Origin: Cetorhinus maximus
Taxonomy: Eukaryota
Assembly: GCF_964194155.1 (NCBI RefSeq)
Contig: NC_135884.1
Location: forward strand, 55,428,001 to 55,492,000
Direction: 5' to 3'
Length of the DNA: 64,000 bases
The notes under the pieces are model-generated. The model saw only the letters and a list, made by a program, of their open reading frames with translations, was not told where the DNA came from and did not search any database. The translations under genes were made by a program, and so were the position numbers. Below are positions 48,480 to 61,080 of the stretch, one piece after another; positions within the stretch are counted from its first letter, which is position 1; every line of letters starts with the position of its first letter.

Positions 48480-51400
48480 CTCTTATTCTGAGTAACACAA
48501 GCTAATGTTCTCGGGAAAGGGTTTGAATCCCATTATGGCACCTGGTGGAATTTAAATTCAGCTAATAAATCTGGAATTAAAAAGCTAGTCTCGGTAATAG
48601 CGGCCATGAAACCATTCTCAATTGCCATAAAAACCCACCTGGTTCACTAATTCCCCATTTAGGGAAGGTAATCTGTTGTCCTTACGTGGTCTGGCCTGCA
48701 TGTGACTCCAGACCCACAGCAATGTAGTTGAATCTTAAGTGCCCTCTGAAATGGCCTAGAAAGTTACCCAGTTGTATCAAATTGCCAAAAATAAGGCAAG
48801 AAGGAATGAAACTGGATGGAACTCTTGGCATTGAACGAGGCACTGGAAACAACAATGGCAAAATCAGCTCTGTTGATCCTTCAAAGTCCTCCTTACTAAC
48901 ATCTGGGAGCTTGTGTCAACATTGGGAGAGCTGACTCACAGATTAGTCAAGCAACAGCCTGACATAGTCATCTTCACGGAATCATACCTTACAGATAATG
49001 TCCCAGACATCACCACCCCTGGGTATGTCCTGTCCCACTGGCAGCACAGTGGTATATAGTCGGGACAGGGTTACCCTGGCAGTTCTCAACACCAACTCCA
49101 GACCCCATGAAGTCTCATGGCATCAGCTCAAACATGGGCAAGGAAACCTTCTGCTGATACCACATACTGTCCCAACACAGCAGATAAACCAGTACTCCTC
49201 CATGTTGAACACCACTTAGAGGAAGTGCTGAGGGTGGCAAGGATACATAATGTACTCTGGGTGGGGGACTTCAATGTCCATCACCAAGAGTGGCCCGGCA
49301 GTACCAGTATAGAAGGAGCTGGCCAAGTCCTAAAGGACACAGCTACTACACTGAGGTGGGTGGTGAGGGAACCAACAAGAGGGAAAACCCTCACCGGTTT
49401 ACCTGCTGCAGATGCATCTGTCCATGACTGTATTGGCAGGAGTGACCACCGTATAGCCCTTGTGGAACGAAGTGCCACCTTCATATTGAGGATACCCTCC
49501 ATCGTGTTGAGCGGCACTACCACCATGTTAAATGGGGTAGATTTCGAACAGGTCTGGCAGCTCAAGACTGGGCAACCATGAGGCACTACGGACCATCAGC
49601 AGCTGCAGAATTGTACTCAACCACAATCTGTAACTTCATGGTTACAGGCATATCCTCCACTCTACCATTACAAGCAAGTTGGGGGATCACACCTGGTTCA
49701 AAGAAGAGTGCAGGAAGGCATGCCAGGAGCAGCACCAAGCATACCTAAAAAATGAGGTGTCAACCTGGTGAAGCTACATCACCGAACTACTTGCATGTCA
49801 AATAATGGAAGTGAAAAGTGAAAGTCACAGTAGTCCCAGAGGACCATAGGTTGCTCTCTCATTAGAGAAACAAGTGGTGGTGAGTTTAACCTGAGGGTCA
49901 CCACACCTCAGCTGAGGGGGTGAGGTTGAATGGACGGTGCCTTCATGGATGACCTCAGCTGGTACAGGAATTGAACCTGTGCTGTTGGCATCACTCTGCA
50001 TCACAAACCAGATGTCCAGCCAACTGAGCTGTGGAAGCAGCATGCAATAGACAGAGCTAAGCAATACCATGACCAATGGATCACGACTAAGCTCTGCAGT
50101 CCTAACACATCCAGTCATGAATGGTGGTTGACAATTAAGCAACTCACTGGAGGAGGTGGCTCCACAAATATCCCCATCCTCAATGATGGGGGAGCCCAGC
50201 ACTTCAGTGCAAAAGATAAGGCTGAAGCATTTGCAACAATCTTTAGCCAGAAGTGCTGAGTGAATGATCCCTCTCAGCCTTCTCCTGAGGTCCCAGGCAT
50301 CACTGATGCCAGTCTTCAGCCAATTCAATTCACTCCACATGATATCAAGAAATAGCTGAAGGTTTTGGTTATTGAAAAGGCTATGGGCCCTGACAATATT
50401 CCAGCAATAGTACTGAAGACCTGTGTTCCATAACTAGCTGCATCCTGAGCCAAGCTGTTTAGTACAGCTACAACACTGGCATCTACCAAGCAAGCAATGT
50501 GGAAAATTGCCCAGGTACATCCTGTCTACAAAAAGCAGGATAAATCCAACCCAACCAATTACTGTCCCATCAGTCTATTCTTGACCATCAGTGAAGTGAT
50601 GGAATGAGTCACTGACAGTGCTGTTAAGCAGCACTTACTCAAACAATTTCCTCACTGTTTTGGGTTCTGCCAGGGCCACTCAGCTACTGATTTAATTACA
50701 GCCTTAGCTCCAACATGGACTGAAGAGCTGAATGTGAGGTGAGAGTGACTGACCATGACATCAAGGCCACATTTGACCGAGTGTGGCATCAAGAAGCATT
50801 AGCAAAACTGAAGTCAATGGAAATCAGGAGGAAAACTCTCCACTGGTTAGAGTCATACCTAGCACAAAGGAATATGGTGATGGTTGTTGGAGGTCAATCA
50901 TCTCAGTTCCAGGACATCACTGCAGGAGTTCCTCAGGGTAGTTTCCTAGGCCCAATCATCTTCAGCTGCTTCATCAATGACCTTTGCTCCATCATAAGTT
51001 CAGAAGTGGGGATGTTCACTGTACAATATTCAGCACCACTCACGACTCCTCAGACTGAAGCAGTCCATGTCCATATTCAGCAAGACGTGGACAACCATTC
51101 AGGCTTTGGCTGACAAGTGGCAAGTAACATTCATGCCACACAAGTGCCAGGCAATGACCATCTCCAACAAGAGAATCTAACCATCACCCTTTGACATTCA
51201 AAGGCATTACCATCACTGAATCTCCCACTATCAATAACTTGGGGGTTACCACTGATCAGGAACTGAACTGGACCAGCCATATAAATACTGTGGCTAATTC
51301 TGGTGAGTAACTCACCACCTGACTCCTCAAAGTCTATCCACCATCTACAAGGCACAAGTCAGGAGTATAATGGAATACTCTCCATTTGCCTGGATGAGTG

Positions 51401-51880
51401 CAACTCCAACGCAAGAAGCTTGACATCATCCAGGACAAAGCAGACTGTTTGATTGGCACCCTATCCCTCACCACCAACATCTACTCCCTCCACCATCGAC
51501 AGACAAACAGTGGCAGCAGCATGTACAATGTACAAATGCATTGCAACAACTCACCAAGGCTCCTTCGACAGCACCTTCCTAACCCGTGACCTCTACCACC
51601 TAGAAGGACAAGGGCAGCAGGTGCATGGGATCACAACTACCTGGAAGTTCCCCTCCAAGCTACACACCATCCTGACCTGGAACTATATCGCCATCCCTTC
51701 ACTGTCACTGGTTAAAATCCTCAAACTCCCTCAAATTGCACTGTGGGTGTACCTACACCAAACGGACTGCAGTGGTTCAAGAAGGTGGCTCACCACCACC
51801 TTCTCAAGGGCAAGTAGGGATGATCAATAAAAATGTTCGCCTCGTCAGTGATGCCCACGTATCGAGAAAGAATGAAAAAT
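48480..51880 (+). mobile_element. Near full-length decayed LINE (SPLAWMS family): SINE-like head directly followed by APE-RT, no ORF1
   Basis: B-box-like GGTTTGAATCCC at ~48520. The APE start KVLLTNIWELV...VKQQPDIVIFTESYL is at ~48885. Later motifs: WVGDFNVHH, GRSDH, DIKATFDRVWH, GVPQGSFLGP. The tail ends at ~51880. Confidence 0.85.
49812..50030 (-). mobile_element. tRNA-derived SINE inserted in the LINE
   Basis: Minus strand AGCTCAGTTGG (A box)...GGTTCAATTCC (B box), body, then a GACTTTCACTTTTCA tail. TGGAAG is present on both flanks. Confidence 0.8.
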
Positions 51881-52329
51881 AACTTCAAAATCACTGCATA
51901 GAACTTCCAAAGACTTTGCAAACAAAATAAGCTAGTTCAAATCATCTTACCTACAAGTTTGTGACTGGCCCTTTTATTGGTGGGGCCCTCTTGCAGTTGT
52001 ATGAACATTTTTTGACGAGCAACAAGCAAATATGGTGAGTGGGCCTGCATGGTCTAAGTTTACAAATCCTAGGCATGGTTGTTTGACATCATGATCTGGC
52101 TAGTTGGGAAGCTTCTGGATCACGGATGGCATACGCCCATGTGACCACTCTGCCCAGCATGGGACACCACCGGGGACACCCAGAATTGGCTGAAAAATCT
52201 ATGTGCCTGACACAGGGGGCCTCTGGACTCCATAGTGACAGCTCCAGCTGTGGTATAGACTCCAATTTCTCAGCCCAAATGCACAAGTTAGGAGTGTGAT
52301 GGAATACTCTCCACTTGGAATACTCTAAG

Positions 52330-52432
52330 CTCTGAAGCGGAGTCATATGAACCCAACACACAAACTCTGTTTCTCCACAGATGCTGCCAGACCTCCTGAG
52401 TTTTCCCAGCATTTTCTGTGTTTATCTCAGCC
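52330..52432 (+). mobile_element. Isolated PLE 3' terminus, hammerhead heavily decayed
   Basis: CTGAAGCGGAGTCATATGAACCC...CTCTGTTTCTCCACAGATGCTGCCAGACCTCCTGAGTTTTCCCAGCATTTTC. Confidence 0.65.
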
Positions 52433-52699
52433 TAGATGTTTGAAATAAGTCAGTAATGTAACGGAGAGGAAAATATTTGGTTCATGCTAACAAATGCTAA
52501 TTAAATGTTTAGATCATACTGATCAAAGTAATTTCAAGTATCCCAATATCTTCTACATGTTAAGACTACCAAAGTGCCAAAAAAAATCCACCTCGTGGGG
52601 GAGTTTTTATTCATTGACTGTCGGACAGTCAAACAAGCCAATCGAGTTATTTTTCTTATCTGGGACACTCATTAATTAACTCATTCTTATTGGCTTATA

Positions 52700-54190
52700 C
52701 TTTGCTCCCTGACAACTACTGTCAAGGGTGGTTGGTAGTGGAATAGGCATTTTAACAGCATTTTAACAAACTAACTGGAATGACCATCTCACTATAGCAT
52801 TTTCTGCAGAACACCATCCCATAAAGTGATGGTGGGTGAATGCAATACTCCAATGTCCCACCTTATCTTTACAAGCCAGATACTCTGGATGTTTAAGGAC
52901 TAAACGACAGCAAAATCCAGCCCACTGAGGCATTGACGACACTCATTGCTGACTTGAAGAAAGATGCCCACAAAGGTCGGTAAATCTCTGTGCATGGATT
53001 TCCCCTTTCATGATATCAGGTTGAACCTGGAGTTAAGTCAAGGAGATCTCCAGCAGTCCAGCAATAATGATGTTACCAAGCAGGGTAAGTAGCCAATCAC
53101 ACTGAAGTGTGCTCACAGTCAGAAAGCCAGGAAGAACATGGACTGTTTTTTTTTGCCTTCTAATTAATTCACCTCGCCACTTGTTGCTCCCACTGTTCAC
53201 TACTCCCCATCCTATCACTCTCAAAGCATCACTTGCTGCTATTCAGGACTCAGGCCTAACATTCAGGTGCTTCTCTCACCCTCACACACATTCCAATGAT
53301 TTCAACCTCAAATCCTACTTCTGGTGTATCCACATATCATCAGCTATTCAGCTGTAGCAGGCACATCAGCCAAACACAGTGTGACACTGTCAGTGACATT
53401 CTGTTCTCTCTACTGCAGGACAAGGTTGCCTTTAATCACTGGGAGCAGAGCAGAACCAGTGGCGATCAAGGACATCTGTATTTCCTGAGCCCAACAGAGG
53501 TGATGGTTCACTGCAGCATGAGGCCGGCAGTGGCAGACTCTGTGACCTCAGGCATTGCTGAAAGCAGAAGATGATGGGACTTTCCAGTCTTATGTCCCAT
53601 CTCAACTCCCACCATACTGTCACCCTGCTATGCAGCACATCAAAACAACTGTTCATGGGTAACTTCATAAAAATATATGGTTTAGGTCATGGTGGCTATG
53701 ATGCAATGCACCCAAGTTGTATCTCAATTTTTATTAAAATACATAGGAATGCTGTGGATTGAGGCTGAGCTGCTGCAGAATAATGCATCTGCTGTTGAAA
53801 AGGCTTGCCAGGGCTTTATAATTATAGTAAACTGTGCAAAGGAGAATGCTACACATGCTAATTGATGACCATAAGCTACTTCCTCTGAAAGGGTAAACAG
53901 ATGCTTGTGCCAAGGTGACCAGAAGGTTGGCCATAGATGCTGGATAAGTGGGCAGCAATAGTGCCAGTGAATATTTCTGAAATGCTTTTTGAAAGCATGC
54001 AAACTGAGTCCAGGTGGTTCTGAGACAAATCCTCGAGAAGCTGATCCAACAAGTGTCCTTCTCCGTTGCATCCTGTACTGCAATGAAGTAACAAATGAAA
54101 GCCCTACTCCAAGGCAATATCCACTAAAATCTATATGATTAACATGTGTAAGATCTGGTTTCATATGGAAGTCTTGCCTCAATTGACAAA
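52700..54190 (+). mobile_element. Harbinger Myb/SANT gene relic
   Basis: The intron (CACTCAGGC...CAGCTGTAGCAGGCACATCA...CAGTGACATT) and acceptor ctctctactgcag|GACAAGG match 46400-46600. Confidence 0.5.
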
Positions 54191-55119
54191 AACTCTTAAT
54201 TCTCTCGATGTAACTCTATCTCAGTGTAGAATATGAAAGGATGGTGTTAGAGGTTGTTTATTGCAATTCTGAAAATAAATTATGCAAGTTTTTTCCTGCT
54301 TTAGTCCTGTGGCAAACTCTGTTCTCTTGTCACCATGTTAAAGTATGCTGCATAATAATCTGGTTTTAAAAAAAAGTCTCAAAATGATTTGAGCTGTAAC
54401 TACCGTCTGTAACTTAAAAATCAATGAAGACCAGTTCCATCACATAAATGCTAGATTATGCACTGTTGCTATTGTCTTCACCATTTAACTGCGGAAAAAA
54501 CAGTCTCGCTGAGGGATATCACCACATGTGTTTAATGCTGCTTTTGATCATCTTGCCAGAATCTTTATTCCAGTGTTGCAGAACTTTTCCTTCTATCTTT
54601 TCAACCTCGGATTAAGTGGCCTCTAGTGAGAGTCCAGCTTCCAATATAATTTGCGCCCAAGATTTAAATTCATATATGCAGTCGGGGGGATCAACAATCT
54701 CGCAGCATGCTGTTAGAGAAAGACACTTAGGTGAAAGCCATGAACTACTGAAATTCAATGCACTTCATCAAAGTTTAAGATAAATGCTGCAACTATATCT
54801 GTTATACGTATCTTATTTCACACAAAAGGAATTAAAGTATGTTGTATTATAAGCTAGTTTTAAAAATAGTCTGATTTGAGCTGGAACAGACAACAGTAAG
54901 CTAAAAATCAATGCAGACCAGTTAAGTCGGTTAAATGCTAGATCATGTACTATTGCTATGGTTAACTTCATTTTTTTTTAACATAAATCCAACCTTCAAG
55001 CACATTAGCTCGAGCCACACTCATACTGCTGTAAAAAAATGAGCAGGATTTCCGATTAATTGGGTAATATATTTCTAAATGCATTCAATGTCTCTCTTAT
55101 AAGGTTATTAATCATCACC

Positions 55120-56560
55120 TGACATTGATACAGCAAAGATGATTGCCCCTAACAACATCCTAGCTGTGGTACTGAAATCCTATGTTTCAGGTCTAGCTGC
55201 ATCCCTATCCAAGTTGTTCCAGTACAGCTATAACACTGACACCAAGCCAATGTTGAAAATTGCTCAGCTATGACCTGTCCACAAAAAGCAGGACAAATCC
55301 AACACAGCCAATTACTGCCCTATCCATGATTCTCAATCATCAGCAAAGTGATGGAAGCTGTCATCAACAGTACTATTAAGCAGCATTTACTCTACTCACC
55401 GAGGCTTCAGTTTGGGTTCCCCTAGTTCTACTTAGCTCCAGACCTCATTACAGCCTTGATCCAAACATCAACAAAACGGATGAATTCAAGAGATGAGGTG
55501 AGTCAATGCAGCATTTGACTGCATGTGGCTTAAAGAAGGCTGAGAAAAATTGAAGTAATTGGGAATCAATGGTAAATTCTCCATTGGTTGACATCATACC
55601 TGCATAAAGGAAGATGGTTGTGGTTGTTGGAGGTCAATCATCTCAGCCACATCATCTCTTTGCTGAAGGAGTTCGTCAATCTAGTGCCCTAGGCCCATCC
55701 ATCTTCAACTGCTTCATCAATGATCTTCCCTCCATCCTAAGGTCAGGAGTGGATATGTTTGCTGATGACTGCACAGGGTTCAGTGCCAATTGCAACACCG
55801 CACATACTAAGCAGTCTGTGTCTGCATGCCACAAAACCTTAATGACATTCAGGCTTTGACTGATAAATGGCAAATAGCTTTCATATCACACAGGTGCTAG
55901 GCAACGACCAACTCCAACAAGCCAGAATATAACACTCTCCCCTTAATATTCAACAATGTCACCATCATTGAATCCCCCACTATCAGTATCCTTGAGGTCA
56001 CTATTGACCAGAAACTTAACTGGACCAGCCATAAAAATACTGTGGCTACAAGCATAGGTGAGAGAATGGGAATTCTGTGATTAGTAACTCACCTCTTGAT
56101 TCCTCAAAGTCTGTCCACAAAGTCAGGAGTGTTATGGAATACTCACCACTTGCCTGGATGAGTGCAGCTCCAACAACATTCAAGAAGCTCAACAATATCC
56201 AGGACAAAGCAGCCCGCTTGATTGATAACCGATTCACCACCTTAAGCACTGACTTCCTTCACCATCAGGACACAGTGGAAAGCAGCGTTTACCATATGCA
56301 AGATGCACTGCAGCAAATTGCTAAGGCTCCTTTGATACCACCTTCCAAACCCCCGACCTCTACAACCCAGAAAAACAATGGCGAAGAAGTATAAAAACAT
56401 CACCGCCTGCAAGTTCCCCTCCATAATCATCGTGAATTGGAATTTGATCACCATTCCTTCATTGCTGCTTGGTCAAAATCTTGGAAATCCCTCCCTAACA
56501 GCACTATGGGTGTGCCTACATCACCTTGCTAGCGACACTCACATCCCATTAATAATTTTT
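55120..56560 (+). mobile_element. 3' half of SPLAWMS-family LINE
   Basis: GVRQSSALGPSIFNCFINDLPS...MFADDC and VRSVMEYSPLAWMSAAPTTFKKLNNIQDKAARLI; family tail at ~56530. Confidence 0.85.
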
Positions 56561-57267
56561 TTAAAAATGCCCTTATTGGATGTTATAACATTGTATAAAT
56601 ACTTTCCTTTTGCTGTTTAGGATATGCTTGAACAGCATGAGCTCTAGTGGCTCCTGCAGATTACTGCCCCCAGTTCAGAGCATTTCCTTATTGTTAGGTG
56701 AATTTGAAATTGAGCTAGCTAATTTGCTACACATTGCATGATTCTTAATTTTATTTTAATGCATGGAAACAAGTGTTGAATTACTAAGCCTGACATAAAG
56801 ACATCTGACAGACACTGCCACCAAGAAGCCCCATCACAACTAAGGTCAATGGAGAGGGTGGGGTGGTCAGGGGGCTGGGATGCAGTCAAGGGGAAAGTTC
56901 TTCAGTAATTGTGATGCCTGGCACAAAGGAAGATGGAGGCCAATCATCACAACTTCATGATATTGCTGTCAGAACTCCTCTGGGAACTATGCTCAGCCGA
57001 GCCACATTTACCCACTTCACCAATGACCTTACCTCTGTCATTCAGTGGGGAGCGGAACTAATAATTGATGATTCTATAGTATTCAACTCCACTCACAACT
57101 CATCTGATAATGATGCAACTCCTGCCAAACTACAGCAGGATCTGAGCAACATAATGCTTGGGTTCACATATGGCAGATGGCATTCATATCATCTAAGTGC
57201 CAAGAAATAAAGCATTTCCAGGAAACCACTTGCTGATTTCCATGTACTGTTGCCCCTCAACTGCTGA

Positions 57268-58727
57268 ATCAGCACTCCTCCATGTTGAACACCACTTGGA
57301 AGAAACACTAAGAGTGGCAAGGGTGCAGAATGTATTCTGGGTGGGGGACTTCAATGTCCATCAACAAGAGTGACTCAGTAGCACCACTACTGACCGAGCT
57401 GGCCGAATCCTAAAGGATATAGCTGCTAACTGAGTCTGCGGCAGCTGGGGAGGGAACCAACAAGAGGAAAAAAACATACTTGACCTCATCCTCACCAACC
57501 TTCCTGCCTCAGATGCATCTGTCCATGACAGTATCGGTAGGAGTGACCATCGCACAGTCCTTGCGGAAACAAAGTCCTGTCTTCATATTGAGGATACCCT
57601 CCATCGTATTGTGTAGCACTACCACCGTGCTAAATGGGATAGATTTCGAACAGATCAAGCAACTCAAGACTGGGTATTAACGAGGTGCTGCGGGCCATCA
57701 GCAGCAGCAGAATTGTACTCGAACACAATCTGTAACCTCATGGTCCAGCATATACCCCATCAAGCCAGGGGAGCAATCCTGGTTCAATGAAAAGTGCAGG
57801 AGGGCATACCAAAAGCTGCACTAGGCATACCTAAAAATGAGGTGTCAACTTGGTGAGCTACAACATGGGGCTATTGGCATGCCAAACAGCATAAGCAGCA
57901 AGCGATAGTCAGAGCTAAGCGATTCCACAACCAACAGATCCGATCTAAGTTCTGCAGTGCTGCCAAATCCAGTTGTGAATGGTGATGGACAATTAAACAG
58001 TTCACTGGAGGAAGAGTCTCCACAAATATCCCCATCCTTAATGATGGAGGGGCCCAGCACATCAGTGCTGAAAAATAAGGCTGAAGCATTTGCTACAATC
58101 TTCAGCAAGACATGCCGAGCAGATGATCTATCTCGGTCTCCTCTGGAGGTCCCCAGCATCACAGATACCAGGCTTCAGCCAATTCGATTCACTCCACGTG
58201 ATAGCAAGAAATAGCTGAAGGTATTAGATACTGCAAAGGCCCTGACAATATTCCGGCAATAGCGCTGAAGACTTGTGCTCCAGAACTTGCCATGCCCCTA
58301 GCCAAGCTGTATCAGTGCAGCTAGAACTCTGGCATCTACCTGACAATGTGGAAAATTGCCCAGGTATGTCCTGTACACAAAAAGCGGAACAAATCCAACT
58401 TGGCCAATTACCACCCCATCAGTCTACTCTCGACCATCAGTAAAGTAATGGAAGGGGTCATCAACAGTGCTATCAAGCAGCACTTGCCTAGCTAGGAATC
58501 GTATGACGAGTAACCCACCTTTTGTCTCCCCAAAGCCTGTCCACCATCTACAAGGCATGAGTCAGGAGTGTGATGGAATACTCCCCACTTGCCTGGATGA
58601 GTCTAGCTCCCACAACACTTAAGAAGCTTCACATCGACCAGGACAAAGCAGTCCACTTGATTAACACCCCATCCACAAACATTCACTCCCTCCACCACTG
58701 ACACTCAGTGGCAGCAGTGTGTACTGT
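57268..58727 (+). mobile_element. Internally deleted SPLAWMS-family LINE
   Basis: Colinear with 49190-50640 (WVGDFNVH, GRSDH), then jumps at ~58495 to the SPLAWMS region. Confidence 0.85.
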
Positions 58728-58769
58728 ATTTTTTAAAAATAATTTAAAAAAATTTAATCTGGGAAATCA

Positions 58770-58912
58770 GCTGGCCTACATGTGACTCCAGACCCAAAGC
58801 AATGTGGTTGACTCTTAAAAATGCCCACTGAACAAGGGCAATTAGGGATGGGCAATAAATGCTGGCCTATCCAGCGACACCCACATCGCATGAATGAATA
58901 GTAATAAAAAAT
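58770..58912 (+). mobile_element. 3' part of a bipartite SINE (LINE 5'-UTR segment joined to LINE 3' tail)
   Basis: CTGGCCTACATGTGACTCCAGACCCAAAGCAATGTGGTTGACTCTTAA matches 48691-48738 and is directly followed by GGGCAATTAGGGATGGGCAATAAATGCTGGCC...CCCACATC, the LINE tail. Confidence 0.8.
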
Positions 58913-61080
58913 AGAAATACCCAAGCACCTCTTCTTGCCTTGGATGACACCATGATCAAAACCCGCTATCAGTATCCTAGGTATTACCACTGACTATAAG
59001 CTCAACTGTACCAGCCATAACAACATCATGGCTATAATAGTTGAAAAATGCTTGTATACTCAGCAACAATTAGTTTATTTTCTGATTGCTCAAAATCATT
59101 CCTTCATCCACAAGTCAAAATATTCATCACTCACACTGTAGTTGCATTGACAGTCAAGTTACTCAACTCCATAGAGGACAATACAGCCTGCTTGATTGGC
59201 ACCTATGCCACTGGTGTGATGTGGAACAGTATGTACAGCTCAAGAATGCACTTCAACGACTCACCAATCACCTTCCAATAGGAATGACAAGAGGAAATGA
59301 TAAAAAATACTCTCAACCTCAAAGTCCTCCTCTAAGTCAAATACCATCTTGCCTTCATGGAATTTACGATCTGACATGATTGTGGGCGTACCATCATTAC
59401 AAAGATTGAAGCTGAGAAGGGGCAGCATCACTTCTTTAGGGCAGCTAGGGTAGACAATAAATTCATACTTCTCATGTTTCCCATATCCCAAGATCAAAAA
59501 AAGCCTTGCATGTGGTAACTGAAACAAGAGGCTTCTGAATGTCCAAAAAATATCTTACATCCACTACGGTGTCTAATTAACAAAATTAGTAAGTTTGTTA
59601 ATGTTGATTTCTCAATGATGAAACTGTGTAAACAAATGCTTTTTATTATTTTTTAAAATTTCCAAAGTATTTCAAACAATTTCCACAGTGTATATGTTAG
59701 AGTGAGTGGTCTATAATTTTCAAATTGATTTTTTCACTTCATTTGCTTTCTTCTACTTTTCAGAGCTAATAGTACTCTGCAAAAAGTATTAACGAAGCCT
59801 GGGCAATTTCTTCCCTCGTTTCTTTAAGATTTCTGTGATGTGTCCTATTTTGGACGGATATCCTGTAGATATTCATTTCTTTGAATTTATTCAGAACACA
59901 TGCTTTACTGATTTTTACACATGTTGTCGGCTTTTGCACCAAGATAACAGAGATTAAAATTCACATTTTGTATCTGTGACTAATGAAATGTTCTATGGGA
60001 ACGCAACCAACCAAAATAGAAACATGTTGATAGATGGATGTTCCGCAGTTTGTTTGATCATGCATCTAGAGTGTCTCATAGGTATATATAAAAACAAGGA
60101 CTCAAATGTTGACATTCTTCTTAGGATTATAGACGTCATGGGAAATTTTACAAATTTTTGAAGCTTAAAAATTACTGGAGCTAGCAGCGTGTTATTTTTG
60201 TTGCCATGAATACACTTTATGGAACAACAGACTAAAATAGGCAATGTTATATTTGCCTAATAAACGTTGTGGCACATCACACAGGAAGGGGGAAGGAAAA
60301 TGGTGCCACAAGCTCATACAGCTATCAAAATCCATCAGAATCTCTATGAACAGTAGGATTCTCAATTGGGTGGAGATACAATCATTATACTGTTTTCTTT
60401 GAAGAATATGAGAGGCTGAAACATACATGGCTGCTGGAAATCTTGAAGGGCATGCTACCTTTGTTTTGCCCTCCCATTACAAAGTTATTTTGTGAACTAC
60501 ATTGTTATTGTCCTCGTAGAGGCAGATAACTAATAAAAGAAAGGAATCCCCACAATGCCAATAGAAAGAAAACGTATGGATGAGATTTAACTTTTTCTAA
60601 TATTTACTTAACAAACAAACTAAAATCAACATAATTCAGATGTTAATTAACAGGAAAAGGAAATTTTCAAATAAAAAGGTAAATTTCACTTTAAAGAGTT
60701 GATACAATAAAGAAGCCTCAAGAAGTCATCCATCATTTCCTGCACAAATGTGGCACCTTGTGCAATCTGCAGTCATTCCAACTCGGCCTCTGGTGCATTG
60801 GTTCTCTCACTTCCTACTCAATGGGTTTGGCCCTCTAATCACTTTCATCGGCAGCCATGTTCTACCAATTGTCAAGAAAACCAGAACTTGTAATATTTTT
60901 CTTCTGGTAATAACCCTGGCATATTTTCTTATGTACTGGAAGTCAGGCTGTAATTGGATTAAGAACTAGAGTGACGGCAAGGGTCTAAAGTCAACAGTAA
61001 GAAATTGTTTTGATATGTTAATGAAACAAGGGGAACTTCAATCAGAATTTTACATAAAGCAATAACAGGAGACAGAGAGG

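Noticed and set aside
49950-50030. tRNA-like A/B boxes
   Set aside because: This is the head of a SINE with body, tail and TSD; no complete cloverleaf, so it is not called a tRNA gene.
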